A DNA stretch of 64,000 nucleotides from Fimicolochytrium jonesii (taxonomy: Eukaryota): contig NW_026515672.1 in NCBI RefSeq assembly GCF_025526975.1, positions 372,001 to 436,000 on the forward strand. Direction: 5' to 3'. Positions 1 to 11,847 of this stretch are shown here, piece after piece (the stretch's first letter is position 1; every line of letters begins with the position of its first letter). The translations under genes and the position numbers were made by a program. Below the pieces are notes generated by a model that did not search any database, was not told the DNA's origin, and worked only from the letters and a program-made list of their open reading frames with translations.

Positions 1-1247
1 GGACTTGAAAGGGCTTTACGAGAAGTGGAAGATGGATTTGAACTTCAAGAAGAAAGCTTCCTTCTTTGCGGGAATCAGGATTCTAAGGTGGGCCGCTCAA
101 TATATGAGGATCCGATTCGATGCTTAAGGATCTGAACAACGATGCTGCTACCGACGATAGGCAAGATCCGACTGAAAATGTATTCACGTTCATATGCTCG
201 AGCTGCAATAATATACCACGGATCACTTCGATGGTAGGATGTCAAATGTTACTGGAAATGTTAGACTCCTATCTGACCGAAATGCGTCGCAGGTCAACAA
301 CCTCTGCATCAACTATGGTCCTTACATCGGGACTGTGCCCGGACATCCACACCCATACCACGGCTTTCCAAGCGTAGCACGACTGGCGGGCGATGGCATG
401 GAATCTGAACTTCGGAAGTTGGGATTTGGATATCGGGCAAAGTATATCATGAAGGCGGCGCAATACATAATGGAAAAAGAAACTGCTTTGAAGACGGATG
501 CTGGGGATTCAAATGGCGGATGGCTAGAGAATTTAAGACACCTCCCCTATGAAGAGTGTCGAGCTGAACTTATCAAACTGGCCGGAGGTTCGTGGAACTT
601 GGCAGCCTCTCCGGATGGGAATATGAAGGAAGCAACAGCGTTGACGCATGGTCTCCCGAATGACAAACAGTCGGACCGAAGGTGGCGGATTGCATCTGCC
701 TGATGAGCATGGATAAACCCGGCGCTATCCCCGTCGATACCCATGTCTGGCAGGTACGTTGCCCGAGAGACGCCTTACGGTTTTCCCCAAGGAATAAATG
801 CGCGAAAGGCGATGTCCTGACCTCACTCACGTTTTCTTGCAGATTGCCCAACGAGATTACAAGATGAAATTCCAAACTAGAGCAAAAACAAAATCATTAA
901 CGCCAAAACACTATGTCGCCATCGGTGACTTTTTCCGTGACACCTTCGGCCCATTCGCGGGCTGGGCCCATTCAATTCTGTTCACCGCAGATCTAAACCA
1001 ATTTGCACAGCATGGACGTATTGAGAAGAAGGTGGCAATTCTTGATGAGATCCGGACCGAAGGCGAGGAGAAAATAAGTATAAAAGTAGAGGCAGCACAA
1101 GTAATCGGAAACGTGGAGGTCCCCGGAGACATGAAACGTGACCCTGACGTTACGGCAAGCAAGAAGTCCGAAGTCCACTTTGAGCCACCCAGCCATGTGT
1201 TTGCCGTCAAAACGGAGACGATGATGAATATACATAGAGCCGTATAG
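1..1247 (+). CDS. OGG1: 8-oxoguanine DNA glycosylase/AP lyase (5'-truncated by window; spliced)
   Basis: Spliced translation gives [35 protein letters not shown], the HhH motif [14 protein letters not shown] and [27 protein letters not shown] introns at about 88-160, 234-292, 588-670 and 754-842. Confidence 0.93.
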
Positions 1248-1299
1248 ACCCAAGGTCATGTAGCTAGGATAGACAGTCTGCGCTAGACTTAAGTCACAT

Positions 1300-4200
1300 T
1301 CATGACATGATAGCCGGTGGAAACCCTTTGGTGACTGCCAACGGCTTCAAGGACAGCCTATCGGGCTTCTTCACCTCCTTGCCCATGTTCTTGCCGCTAG
1401 GGGAAGACGCTGGCTTTGGGTCTCTCGCTTTGATCTTGTTCGTTTGTTTCCGGTTGGTTGTCGCATAGTTAGCAGGATTAGCTTGCTTGACTGTCACTGC
1501 TCGTCTAACGTTGAGTGAGGCCCGATTCGGTCGCGCATTTGATTGTGCATGATGAGTTTGTCGGCGAGCAATTGCAGAAGACCGCTTGTTTCGCAAGGGG
1601 AAGCCTGCCCCATCGGCGTCTAGATCGAGGGTAGAGCTTTGCTCCCTGATGTCCTCATCGCTGTCATCCTCGTTCCCTGAGTGCCGTCGATGATCATCGT
1701 CACTATCTGATTCCTCCTCAATTTCCTCTTCCCAGAGACCATCTTCAAGTAAAGCCATTTTCCTCCTGGTCCTCTTTCGACTCCGTGATCTTCTTGGCAG
1801 TGGCATTTCTACAAATGAGATGCGCGGTATCTCGTCGAGCTTCGCAGCTGTTTCTGCATCCGTAAACGTCACCCGGTCGAAAAGATCATGAATGAAGCGC
1901 CGCGCAGATAAGCGGAAGTGGTAGATAGACAGCATCGGAATGACGTGTCGGGTATATAGCGATGTCGACAAGAAGACATTGGGCGAGTCAGTCCGCAGCC
2001 TGGAGTTTTGAGATTGATATCGTTAGCTGCAGAAGACGTGTTTGACGAATGGCGTTCTACGTACTTTGATAGTGCTTTAGACGCCGCGTTGGCGAGAATG
2101 TGATTGCTCATGTTGCCGATGCAAGTTAATATCCCTTGCTCGTCTGCGTCCAGCGCGTCGAAGGCATGCTGAGGGTCGACTGTATACTCTGGCCAAGCCC
2201 CTTTGAAATCCCAGGTTGGCACAGCCAACAGAGCTGACGGGCTTTTAGGTACGCATAAGCCCTCAAACGTCCCGTTCGGCCGAAGTACCGTCTCCCATCC
2301 AAAATCCTCCAGCACTTCCACCCCATGAGCCGTTTTCGCAATCAGACCGAGAACATAATAGCAAGTGCCCCGCAGTGTTATGACCGGCGATGTCCGTGCC
2401 AGTTCGACGATTTGGCGAATGACATCAAACTCGAGCAGAAATGGGAGGCCTGTTTTGACGGAGCCGATGTTGCCCTACGAGTTTCGAAGATTGCACAAAT
2501 TCCCAGATGATCAGCCAATCATTAGATTTTTGTGCCTCAAGCGAAAATCAAAGGGGAAATCTTACCACAGCCCATAGAACCCCTTTGAGTTGCAGGAGCT
2601 CAGCAAAGTCCGCATGCACCAGTGCCTTCCGTATCGAATCTGCAAATTTGGCAAAATGGCCCTTCCGGCGCAAGAGTAGACTACCTTCCGGTGTACTAGC
2701 TAGTTCACCGTAGAAATGGGGCGGAGCTGTACCGTCAACCTCCACACTGTTGCGAGGGATATCCGCGTCAGACCTTCTGCGGGCCAGGGATGATAAAAAA
2801 AAATACTTACTTCGATTTCGCATCGCGATCGTTTTGGGTAGGTAGTGGCGGTGCTTTCGCACCGCCGGATTTCCGATTGGGGAAGAATGCTCGATGTACA
2901 GACAGTTCCAGTCGAACGGCATACTGAATGTTCCCTTCCTAGCAAGAACTAATTGGTTGGTCTGCAATCCACATTTTTCCCCAGCGAATCGCCTTACCAA
3001 CCTCAAACCAATAGTCCACCTCGCTCTCGATGAACCCAAGCTCCTGCAGGTATGTGAATCCTACGGATGATGACAGAAATCTGCACTCTGTCGGTCAATC
3101 CTATACCATCGACAATGTGCGCAAACAGAAACGCGAGACGAACCTCAACAGCAAAGGATTGCCGGCCTCCCCAAGATGGTCTAGGGATGGTCGCAAATTC
3201 ACTGCCGATTCAAGATTTTGCGGGTCATTGCAGGCGATGTCCAGTAATTCCACTGCTGTCTCGCACACTTCGATCGAGGGATCATATAACTGGTGGCATG
3301 CCCAGAGGTAACATACGAGAATTGAATTTCGGTACAATGCTTCTACCACCCTTATGCGAAGACGTCTTCCACATCTGGCAACGAACCTGCGTCACTAGGA
3401 GTTGGATTCCCCAACCCGAGAAATCTGGTATATCCATTTCCAGTATCGTGCGCAGATGATTAGTTGCTGCCAGTCGCACGCTCTATATAAGCGAGTTAGA
3501 AATACAATCAAAACGATTCGTGAGATGGACTTCAGGTTAGACACTCACCCTGTTACCCGATGTCATCAGCTTTGAAAGCAGGACACGAGCATGGTTCTCT
3601 CTTCAAATTTCATGGATGATATTAGTGCATAAATGGGCCGGAGCATTGGAAGTTGAGATTGGACTTACGTAGTGTAATCCATGCTGCGGATCAAAGCCAT
3701 TACAAGGTCATAACGACTTCGAAGCTCCGTGAGCCGATAGAACAAACTGAACATTCGAAACTTCTCAAAGATCCTGCGTAGGCAAAATATAAGTCATTCA
3801 GAGTCAACAACTCTCAGAGGTATGGCGAAATATGGGTCGTACCGAATGCCCTCTACTGATAGCATACAGACTCCGAGCAATGTGAAGTATTCTCCAGTCA
3901 TGGTGTCCTCCATCCTTTCCTGCGAGAAAATCACGTCGGCTTGTGGAGTGCTTTGCCCCGGATCGAGTTGGCCCAGGCAATCGGCAATCTCCGGCAAGAA
4001 TTTGCTCTCGGTTAAGAAGCGAACACCGTCTGCATGCGAGAGCAATGTTTTCAGAAGCTCGCAACCGACGCGGAGGTACTTGTTATTGGCTTTACTCCGC
4101 CGGATATCCGAGAACTGCCGATTTAATGGGCGATAGAAGGACATGAGTCGCTTGACCACCTTGCTGTTCTTCACGGCCTCGTCGAAACGCTTGGGATTTC

Positions 4201-6344
4201 TTAGCGGCCCTTGAATGAGCTCCAATATTGTTTCCCAATTCCATTTCGTATGCTCCTTGAGACTCAGAACTTTCTCTAAATCGGCGATGAGGATCTTGAA
4301 ATGTGCTTCATCCATCTGCATTCCCATGCGAGCTTTGACGCTTTCGACTTGGCGCTGAATAGCTGCCTGTGCTCCGTTTGTGGATACACGGTCGAGCACG
4401 CTCTCATTTCTGGGACCTTGTGGTTCGCCCTTTCCCTTGCTCCTTCGCAGCGAATCGATATATGTCAACGCAACTGTGCCTTGGTGCCGCTTATTCTCAT
4501 CTTGGAAATCGGCTGCAACGCGGAATAGGGTTGATAGGCTCTGCAGTTTCGTCCCATATGTGCTGGGTAGTAAGCAGCTGCATAGATTCAGCAGCTCCGC
4601 GATTAGAATTGTAACTCGCGTAGTGATATATTTGTTTTCGTGTTGCAGGAGCTCAATCAAGACCTCGACTAGCCCGACATCGACAAAGATGATGAGGACC
4701 ATGCTCAAATAGTGATCCACCAGGTTCTTGCCCTTCACGGACCGCCTTTGCAGGATCGCGGCTTCTGCTTCCGAAATCTCGCCGGTGGTTAATATTGACC
4801 CGCGCCGTGCAAGATGCGTCCGTGCCGAGATGAAGTCTGGATACCAGTTGGGAACTTCTATGTGGAAGATGTCGAAAAGCATCTCCAGCAAGATTTTCCT
4901 ATTTTCATCATACGGCAAGCGTAGAGATTCGACAATCGACCGGATGGCTCGCTTGTCGTCCAAGCACAGATATATTATTCCCGTCCAAGACTTGAACAGT
5001 AATGTTACTGCTTTGGCGCATGCCAGAAGCTTCCCTTCGTTTGCGGACCCTCGACTGTAGGCGTCGGTGAATTGTGAAATGATCATCTCCAGCTCCACCG
5101 ACGGCCGCATGTAAGTACGCGTTTTTTGTGAATCTAGCATATACAGCACGGTCTTTACAACGACCTCCAGGAGCTCTGGCGTGACCTCGAGGAGTGCGCC
5201 GAAGACGACGGAAGTGCCGCCAGCTAAGGTGAGGAGAGGCATGTTGCGTATCGCCAATTCGCATAGTGTCTCTAAGCACACGCCCCGAAACTTGTCGTCC
5301 GCAGACTCTGCGAGAGACACCAACGATCGAACAAGACTCTGTGGCAGAATATCTGCCCCTCCGTTCATGTCCAAAAACGAGCGAACAAGCTTGAGAGCTT
5401 GTTCTTTCTCCACCTCGTATCTCTGATCTCGCGTCAACGTCCTCATTATGAAGACATCCACATGCGCTTTGACGATCGAATCCAAAAACTCGTGCGTTGT
5501 GGCCGTATGTCGCAAGACTCGATAGGCAGTGGCCCGCACATCTTTCGATGAACTTGCGCAACAAGTTCGAAGACTTTGCACCACCGCATCTGTTGTGAAG
5601 TGCTCATAGAAGTCTGGTGCGGCCTTGATCACTTTCGCCAAACTAGTCATCGCTTCCATTCTCGTGGAAGCTGTTTCACTTTCGTTGGACACGCGGCCCA
5701 GTATTGATGCCACAGACTGGGGATTGACTCCTTTACTAGGCCGCGTATCCGATCGTCGTGCTTCCGACTGAAATCCCGCATTGGCGTGAGGCCGCCTGTC
5801 TTCATCCAGCACCAGTGATGACTTCCCCGATTTGAGATCATCTATGCTGCGAAAGGCGTGTGCTTTGCTCACAGGCTGGTCAGGGATGCTTTTGTAGAGA
5901 TCCAGCTGTTGTTGCAGGGTCGCAATCTTTTTCTTCGTGGCAGCAAGTTGGGCCTCCACTTGTTCCCTTGCGATAGTGGAGCCTTTCTGCGAATCCTCGG
6001 ACACCTGCAACATTGTTTCTGCCCCTACGAGAACAATGTATGAGGCACCTCATCGAGCTGCCGCCTTCGAGAGATGCCCACAAACCTGTCTTCATTTTGA
6101 ACTCGATGACTACAAGCGCCAGAGATCACCATCCGCGTGAGAATTGAGCGAGTTCAAAACGCTTGAGCTGCAAAACATACTCAACTGGTCCTGCAGTTTA
6201 GGCATCTACATTTCAAGCATTGTTGAGAACACCTGGTAGTAGCAGGACACAAATAAGAGTGCTGGACGACCAGACTCTGGTACCCACCATCACTGGCTTC
6301 TCCGCCCGCAGCTTTTCAATGTCGGAAACGGAAAGGCCCTCCAT
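1300..6344 (-). CDS. RICTOR: TORC2 subunit Rictor/Avo3/Ste20 with N-terminal HR1-like segment (multi-exon)
   Basis: Motifs EKEQALKLVRSF, PPHFYGELASTPEG, LKGVLWAV|GNIGS and HFRLSARRFIHDLF. Micro-exons 6181-6190 and about 6086-6109 give the HR1-like DQLIIEFKMKTGAETMLQ. The start codon is uncertain. Confidence 0.92.
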
Positions 6345-6834
6345 CTTGGCTATCCGGGCGAAGTATTCTACGTGGTCTTCGTGTTTAACGCTTCCAGCTG
6401 GGCTGACGCACTGCCTGAACGCAACGCTCCGTAGTCGCTCGGAAGCTAAGACTCCCACAGAAGAATGGCTGAGGAAAAGGCTGACGCGTGAGGGAAGAGC
6501 GGTTGGACAATGGTTTGTTGTTCTTGATAGGCGTGGAGCAGGTGGGAAAGGTGGGAACCGCGTAAGCAGACCGCAGTGATGACATGACAGGAATGCACGC
6601 CGCAACATTTCACAACCTTACACATGCAACCAAAATCTGCCGTCCAGATCATACGACACCCAAAGCTTCGACGTGAAACACCGATACTTTCATTCCAATT
6701 TACATCTACTGCCCAGGCAGTTGGTTACATCTTGGGTTATACTAATGTACATAGCTACGGAATCGATGTTCGGAACACCATGACTTCCACCTCTCAAATC
6801 CTTTCCGACCACGGGAATGGTTTCATATTCTAAG

Positions 6835-7680
6835 CTAATATTCTTGGCTCTGGGAACCAGCCTTCTCGGCTCCCTTTCCGGTCTTGGATTTCTTGGGGAG
6901 CAGGATGTTGTGGATGTTCTGATTGAAACAAGGAATGAAACCAGTGAGTCGAAAGACAAGCCTAATCGACGTTTGCTCAATGAGACTTACGGGCAAAACA
7001 CCACCCTGCGCAATGGTGACATTTCCAAGAAGTTTGTTCAGCTCCTCGTCATTGCGAATAGCAAGCTGCAAGTGACGGGGAATGATACGAGACTTCTTGT
7101 TGTCGCGGGCGGCATTGCCAGCCAACTCGAGAATTTCTGAGCGGCGAGAGTGTGCATGAGTGGGGAGGAAGGTCAAGTGAATAGAATCTGGTTAAGACAT
7201 TGAGTCTTGTTGACATACCAGCACCAAGGTACTCGAGGACGGCAGCCATGTACACAGGGGCACCTGAGGTATGAGCGGTTAGCCACAGGGGCAATCACTT
7301 GACAAAGAAGTGCTAGCTTGAACTTACCGGCGCCAACACGCTGAGCATAGTTGCCCTTGCGGAGAAGACGGTGAATACGTCCAACTGGGAACTGCAGACC
7401 AGCACGTCCGGAACGAGACTTGGAGTTCGTGTCACCCTTGGTGGCCTCCTTGCCAGATTTGCCTTTTCCACCTAGAAAGTACGAGAGGGTAGAAGAGTGA
7501 GTTGAGTGAACGAGTGACGACGAGGTTGTGATGGAACTTTAAGGAACAAGGGCGAGAACCGGCTGTGCAGAAAGTAGATCTGCGCAGTGTCGAGGGACTT
7601 GCCGAGGCCATTCCGAATGACGGCACCAGAGGCAACAGACGCAACGATGACTGAGACGAGGCTATGTTCTTACCAGCCAT
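6835..7680 (-). CDS. HTA: Histone H2A (H2A.X-like, C-terminal SQEY), 4 introns
   Basis: Spliced: [82 protein letters not shown]...SQSQEY*. Confidence 0.97.
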
Positions 7681-7843
7681 TGTGTTTGATTTTTGCTTGA
7701 AAGTGAGCGAAGTGTGAAGGTAAGTAGATCGCTGTAGATTAGATCTGATGAATTGCAGTGGGTTGGGCTGATGGGAGAGAGTGCAAGTTGAGCAAACGCA
7801 AGTGAGTTTGCAGGAGATCCGAGTGCCATGTCCGATTGTCATT

Positions 7844-7859
7844 CAAGTCACGTGACTTG
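7844..7859. promoter_or_regulatory. 16-bp perfect palindrome with CACGTG E-box core in the H2A/DRG2 divergent promoter
   Basis: CAAGTCACGTGACTTG is its own reverse complement. It contains GTCACGTG (bHLH/Cbf1-type site) and lies between divergent ATGs at 7680 and 8101. Confidence 0.5.
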
Positions 7860-8100
7860 CCTCGCATTGTATCTATTGTATTCTCTTACATTGCGTGCTG
7901 CAGCACATTGACACTTCTGGCTGACTTCTGGAGACCTCTGGCACTTTGGCACTTTTGGCACAGACAATTGAGGTTGAAATTGTCTGGGGACTGTCGGACT
8001 GCTAGCTGCAGTATATATATACCTCGCTTGCGACACAGCGCAACTAGTTTCGGCATCTTAAAAAGGATTCAGTTGGGAGTTTCCGAAGCACTACGACGCA

Positions 8101-9557
8101 ATGGGAATCACGGAGAAGATCGGTATGGTAGTTTACAATTAGCTGTTCAGAGTCCAGGCATCGGTTCTAACCTGGCTCTCGTCTCCTTGGAATTTGCTTC
8201 TATCAGCGGATATCGAGAAGGAGGTATGTTGACCCCACTGCCTTCCCTTGAAGACAAACAAAAGGTGTGTCACGCTTAACTGACACAACCTGGTTTTCCT
8301 TAGATCGCTCGGACGCAGAAGAACAAAGCGACCGAGTACCATCTTGGCCTGCTGAAAGCGAAATTGGCACGATATCGTGTTATGCTATTGGAGCCCACTG
8401 GGAAAGCCGGACCAAAAGGAGTCGGATTTGACGTCGTCAGGAGCGGAGATGCGCGTGTGGCGATGATAGGTTTCCCTTCCGTGGGCAAATCGACGCTACT
8501 TTCGAAGACGACGGAAACCAAATCAGAAGCAGCAAACTACGAGTTTACAACGCTCACCTGTATTCCGGGGAAGATCAACTATAATGGGGCGCAGATCCAG
8601 TTACTGGATCTCCCAGGAATCATCGAAGGTGCCTCACAGGGCAAAGGACGGGGTCGGCAAGTCATTGCAGTGGCAAAGACGGCAGATTTGATCCTTATGA
8701 TGCTCGATGCGACAAAGCCGTTGCGGCAGCGAGAACTCCTGGAGGCAGAACTGGAAGCCGTAGGAATCCGCGTCAATACTCACAAGCCGAATATCTACTT
8801 CAAAGTCAAGAAGGGAGGAGGCATTTCCTTCAATGCCACCTGCAAGCTGACGCATCTGAACGAAAGGATGGTTTACCAGATTTTGCACGATTACAAGGTG
8901 AGTTGCAGTTCTCCACCAGATTGGACCGTCAACGCAAACTGACCGCTGTCCCCGCAGATACACAACGCGGAAGTACTCGTCCGCGAAGATGCGACGGTGG
9001 ATCAATTCATCGACGTGATTTTGGGAAACCGGAAATACATCAACTGCCTGTACTGCTACAACAAAATCGATGCCATCTCGATCGAAGAGATGAACAGGCT
9101 CGCGAGGGAACCACACACCGTGGTTGCGTCTTGCGAATCCGATCTGAATCTGGATTATCTGGTAGATCAGATGTGGCATCATCTGGGACTCATGAGGGTG
9201 TATACGAAGAAAAGGGGCGAGTTCCCCGACTTCGGCGGGGGTCTGATTTTGAAGCGGGCATCGACGGTTGAGGGCGTGTGTAGAGCTCTGCACAAGACGT
9301 TGGTGGACGAATTCAATGTATGTTTGTTTCCACTGGCAAGCGCAGGGTGCTGGGTGCACTAACGTCAGTTCCTTATAACGTAGTACGCTCTGGTCTGGGG
9401 CACATCCACGAAACACAGCCCACAAAGAGTTGGTTTACATCACGTTCTGGAAGATGAAGACGTTGTACAGGTAAGCATTGCCCCATCTATGCCTTCTGGA
9501 CATCGCGTGGGTTGCTCATTTTCCCATCTCTCATCTCAGGTCGTCAAAAAGAAGTGA
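8101..9557 (+). CDS. DRG2: Developmentally regulated GTP-binding protein 2 (Obg family, Rbg2)
   Basis: Spliced N-terminus [36 protein letters not shown]1 [28 protein letters not shown] and TGS-domain [13 protein letters not shown]. Confidence 0.96.
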
Positions 9558-9850
9558 GATTCTTTGTAACCTTCATCCGCAACGTGTCGATCAATTTCAT
9601 TCCTCCCCGAAGACACGGTGTGGTCCAGCCGCCCTGCAGCGAGTTGTACAGTCGGGAACCTAACTAGTCGGCTAAGAGATCGCCTTGCCGGTGCAGATCA
9701 CATCGTCACTTGTATATAGATCCGCCATTTCAATTAGAATCCCTCGCAGATATACGAGGGGCAACATCGCACCCACGAGATCCACTTTACATATCCCATT
9801 ATACGCCAATGCTGAGAGCACGGCACCGTCCTCCATATATACCTTCAGAG

Positions 9851-11652
9851 TCAACTCACAAGAATGCGGAAAAAGTATTGCACCTATGTTTGGGGAGAGG
9901 TGGGGGCTCAGTGCCTTACTGGTGAACGTGCCGCTCATACAAAACGGAGCAGTTAGTGCGTACCTCAAGTGGCCCATCCTCCTCGAGATCCGTACAATGC
10001 ACTGCGTTCTGAGCCTTGTCTATTCCGTATTTCGCTCGCAACGTTTGTGGGCGAACCTGTTTCCCTAGTTCAGGATCCTATACGAGGGAGAGATTGAGTT
10101 TTGTTAGGAAGTCGAACATGCAAACCTTGACCGTTGGGCATACCGTTGGGCCACAGAAATCTCGGAAAATGTTCACGATGTCATCTTTCCCTGCCACCTC
10201 CCTGAAGACGCTGTTAGCTGCCAACCACCTGTGTGCGTGTCGAAACGAGACAATGCCATTTTTGTACATACAGAGCAATGACAGGTCCTGATGTCAGCTG
10301 CGTCAACATAGACTGCAAGATAACGTAACGTTAACCGGTCCGTTGATCTTTGGATATACTCAAGAGATGCCCGTGTGGTGACTTACATGATACTCTGGAA
10401 TGACACCTTTGTACACTTCCAAGAACTCCTCCGCGTCGGCTAGTTGCAGCCGGAAGAGCTCAGCGTTGTTTATCACGAACCCTGCTTGCAAAATGTCGTT
10501 GATGATTTTGCCCGTTTGCCCTGCATGGATGGTCCGCATGAGCCATGACGCAAAAAATCATAAGAATCAACGAAGAACATGCCCACCAGAAAGTACTGCA
10601 TGTGGCCGTATCAGTCCCAACGTGGAATTCTGCAGATCGGACGGGCGTTGTGACGATGGGTCGAAGATGACTCTGGCGCACTGCATTCGAAGACCATACG
10701 CTCAGCGAAATGCGCTCGGAGGATACGAGTCCCGGCCCAAAGCTGACACCTGGCATGCGTCAGTAAACCTACCTGCCGAGCTGCCTCATGGCTTTTGGTG
10801 ACGAAGATATCATCCTGGCCATCCGTTTGAAAATGACGAAGAAGGTCGCCAACTGCATTCGCCTTCAAAACTTCCACCGCTAACACTCTAGCTTGATCTA
10901 TCCCACTGAGTACACTCATCAGCATCGCTCCACCGCTTGTCCTCCCCGTCCATTCATTGACGCCGTACCTCTTCGTTCCCGAGAACCTGACTATCTCTTC
11001 GCATTGCCGCCTTGACGGCTGTACCATCCTCATCTGACATATATTGAACCCTTTTCTTAGCACCTCGTCCAGTATTTGTCCCGCCTGCGAAAATGATGAG
11101 TGTTTGATGACCAGGAGGGACCTGCAGCGGCGGTAGGAAATTTTAATATGCCTTTCCCACGGTCTCATAGTGCGGCAATTGCTTCCCCTGTAACGTCTCT
11201 GCACAGGCAAACTCGATGCATACAGACGACACAAACCTCTCCAGCTGCTCCTCCAGTGCTTTTCGAGTGTATTCGTCCGCATAGCCCTGTATGAGCAGCT
11301 GCCTGCTGTTCACGGTCACCGTCGCGCCAATGTACAGGTCGTGCAATTTCAACGGAATGTGGGTCCTTTTCAGGAACGTCCTTCTCTGTTTGACATCATA
11401 CTGGTTGGGCGACAGCGGTTCAGAAGGGTGAAAGGCATGGCTTGAGCACAGACTGTAAGGTGGCGTTCTGCTAGCTCAAGCCGGTGGATGAACACACTTC
11501 TGGGAAACCTTCCCGTACCATACCATTTCGACTGTCTGGTCGTTCGGATAGAAGAGTAGCTGGAAGGGCCGGCACAGCGCCGCTTGGTCGTCGAACCAGT
11601 CGACGCGGAAGCAATAGCGGTCATCCTCTGGTGCTGTCGTTGTTGACGCCAT
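9851..11652 (-). CDS. NME7: Nucleoside diphosphate kinase homolog 7 (DM10 domain + two NDK domains)
   Basis: DM10 N-terminus RYCFRVDWFDDQAALCRPFQLLFYPNDQTVEM and DLYIGATVTVNSRQL. NDK-B STLGLIRPHA, EEFLEVYKGVIPEY, FRDFCGPTDPE, NAVHCTDLEEDGPLEVQYFF. Confidence 0.9.
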
Positions 11653-11847
11653 CGTGGGTCTCGGCGATGCGTCCAAGATGGTGAGGGAAGCGCACTTTTG
11701 CAGCTCATCGCCGAAGTCGGCTCTCACGCGTCGACGCGTTCTGGGCGCTATCGTCCAGACGGCAAGCAAGATAGGGAGTTATGCACTTTCAGGTGTTTCT
11801 TATGGACAAGTGAGACACTATCACGCTAAGGGCACGCTATGGGCAAA

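Noticed and set aside
4908..5564. Long alternative-frame or antisense ORFs over Rictor, DRG2, MDM34, the acidic protein and MRH4
   Set aside because: These are expected by-products of GC-rich codon usage in real genes.
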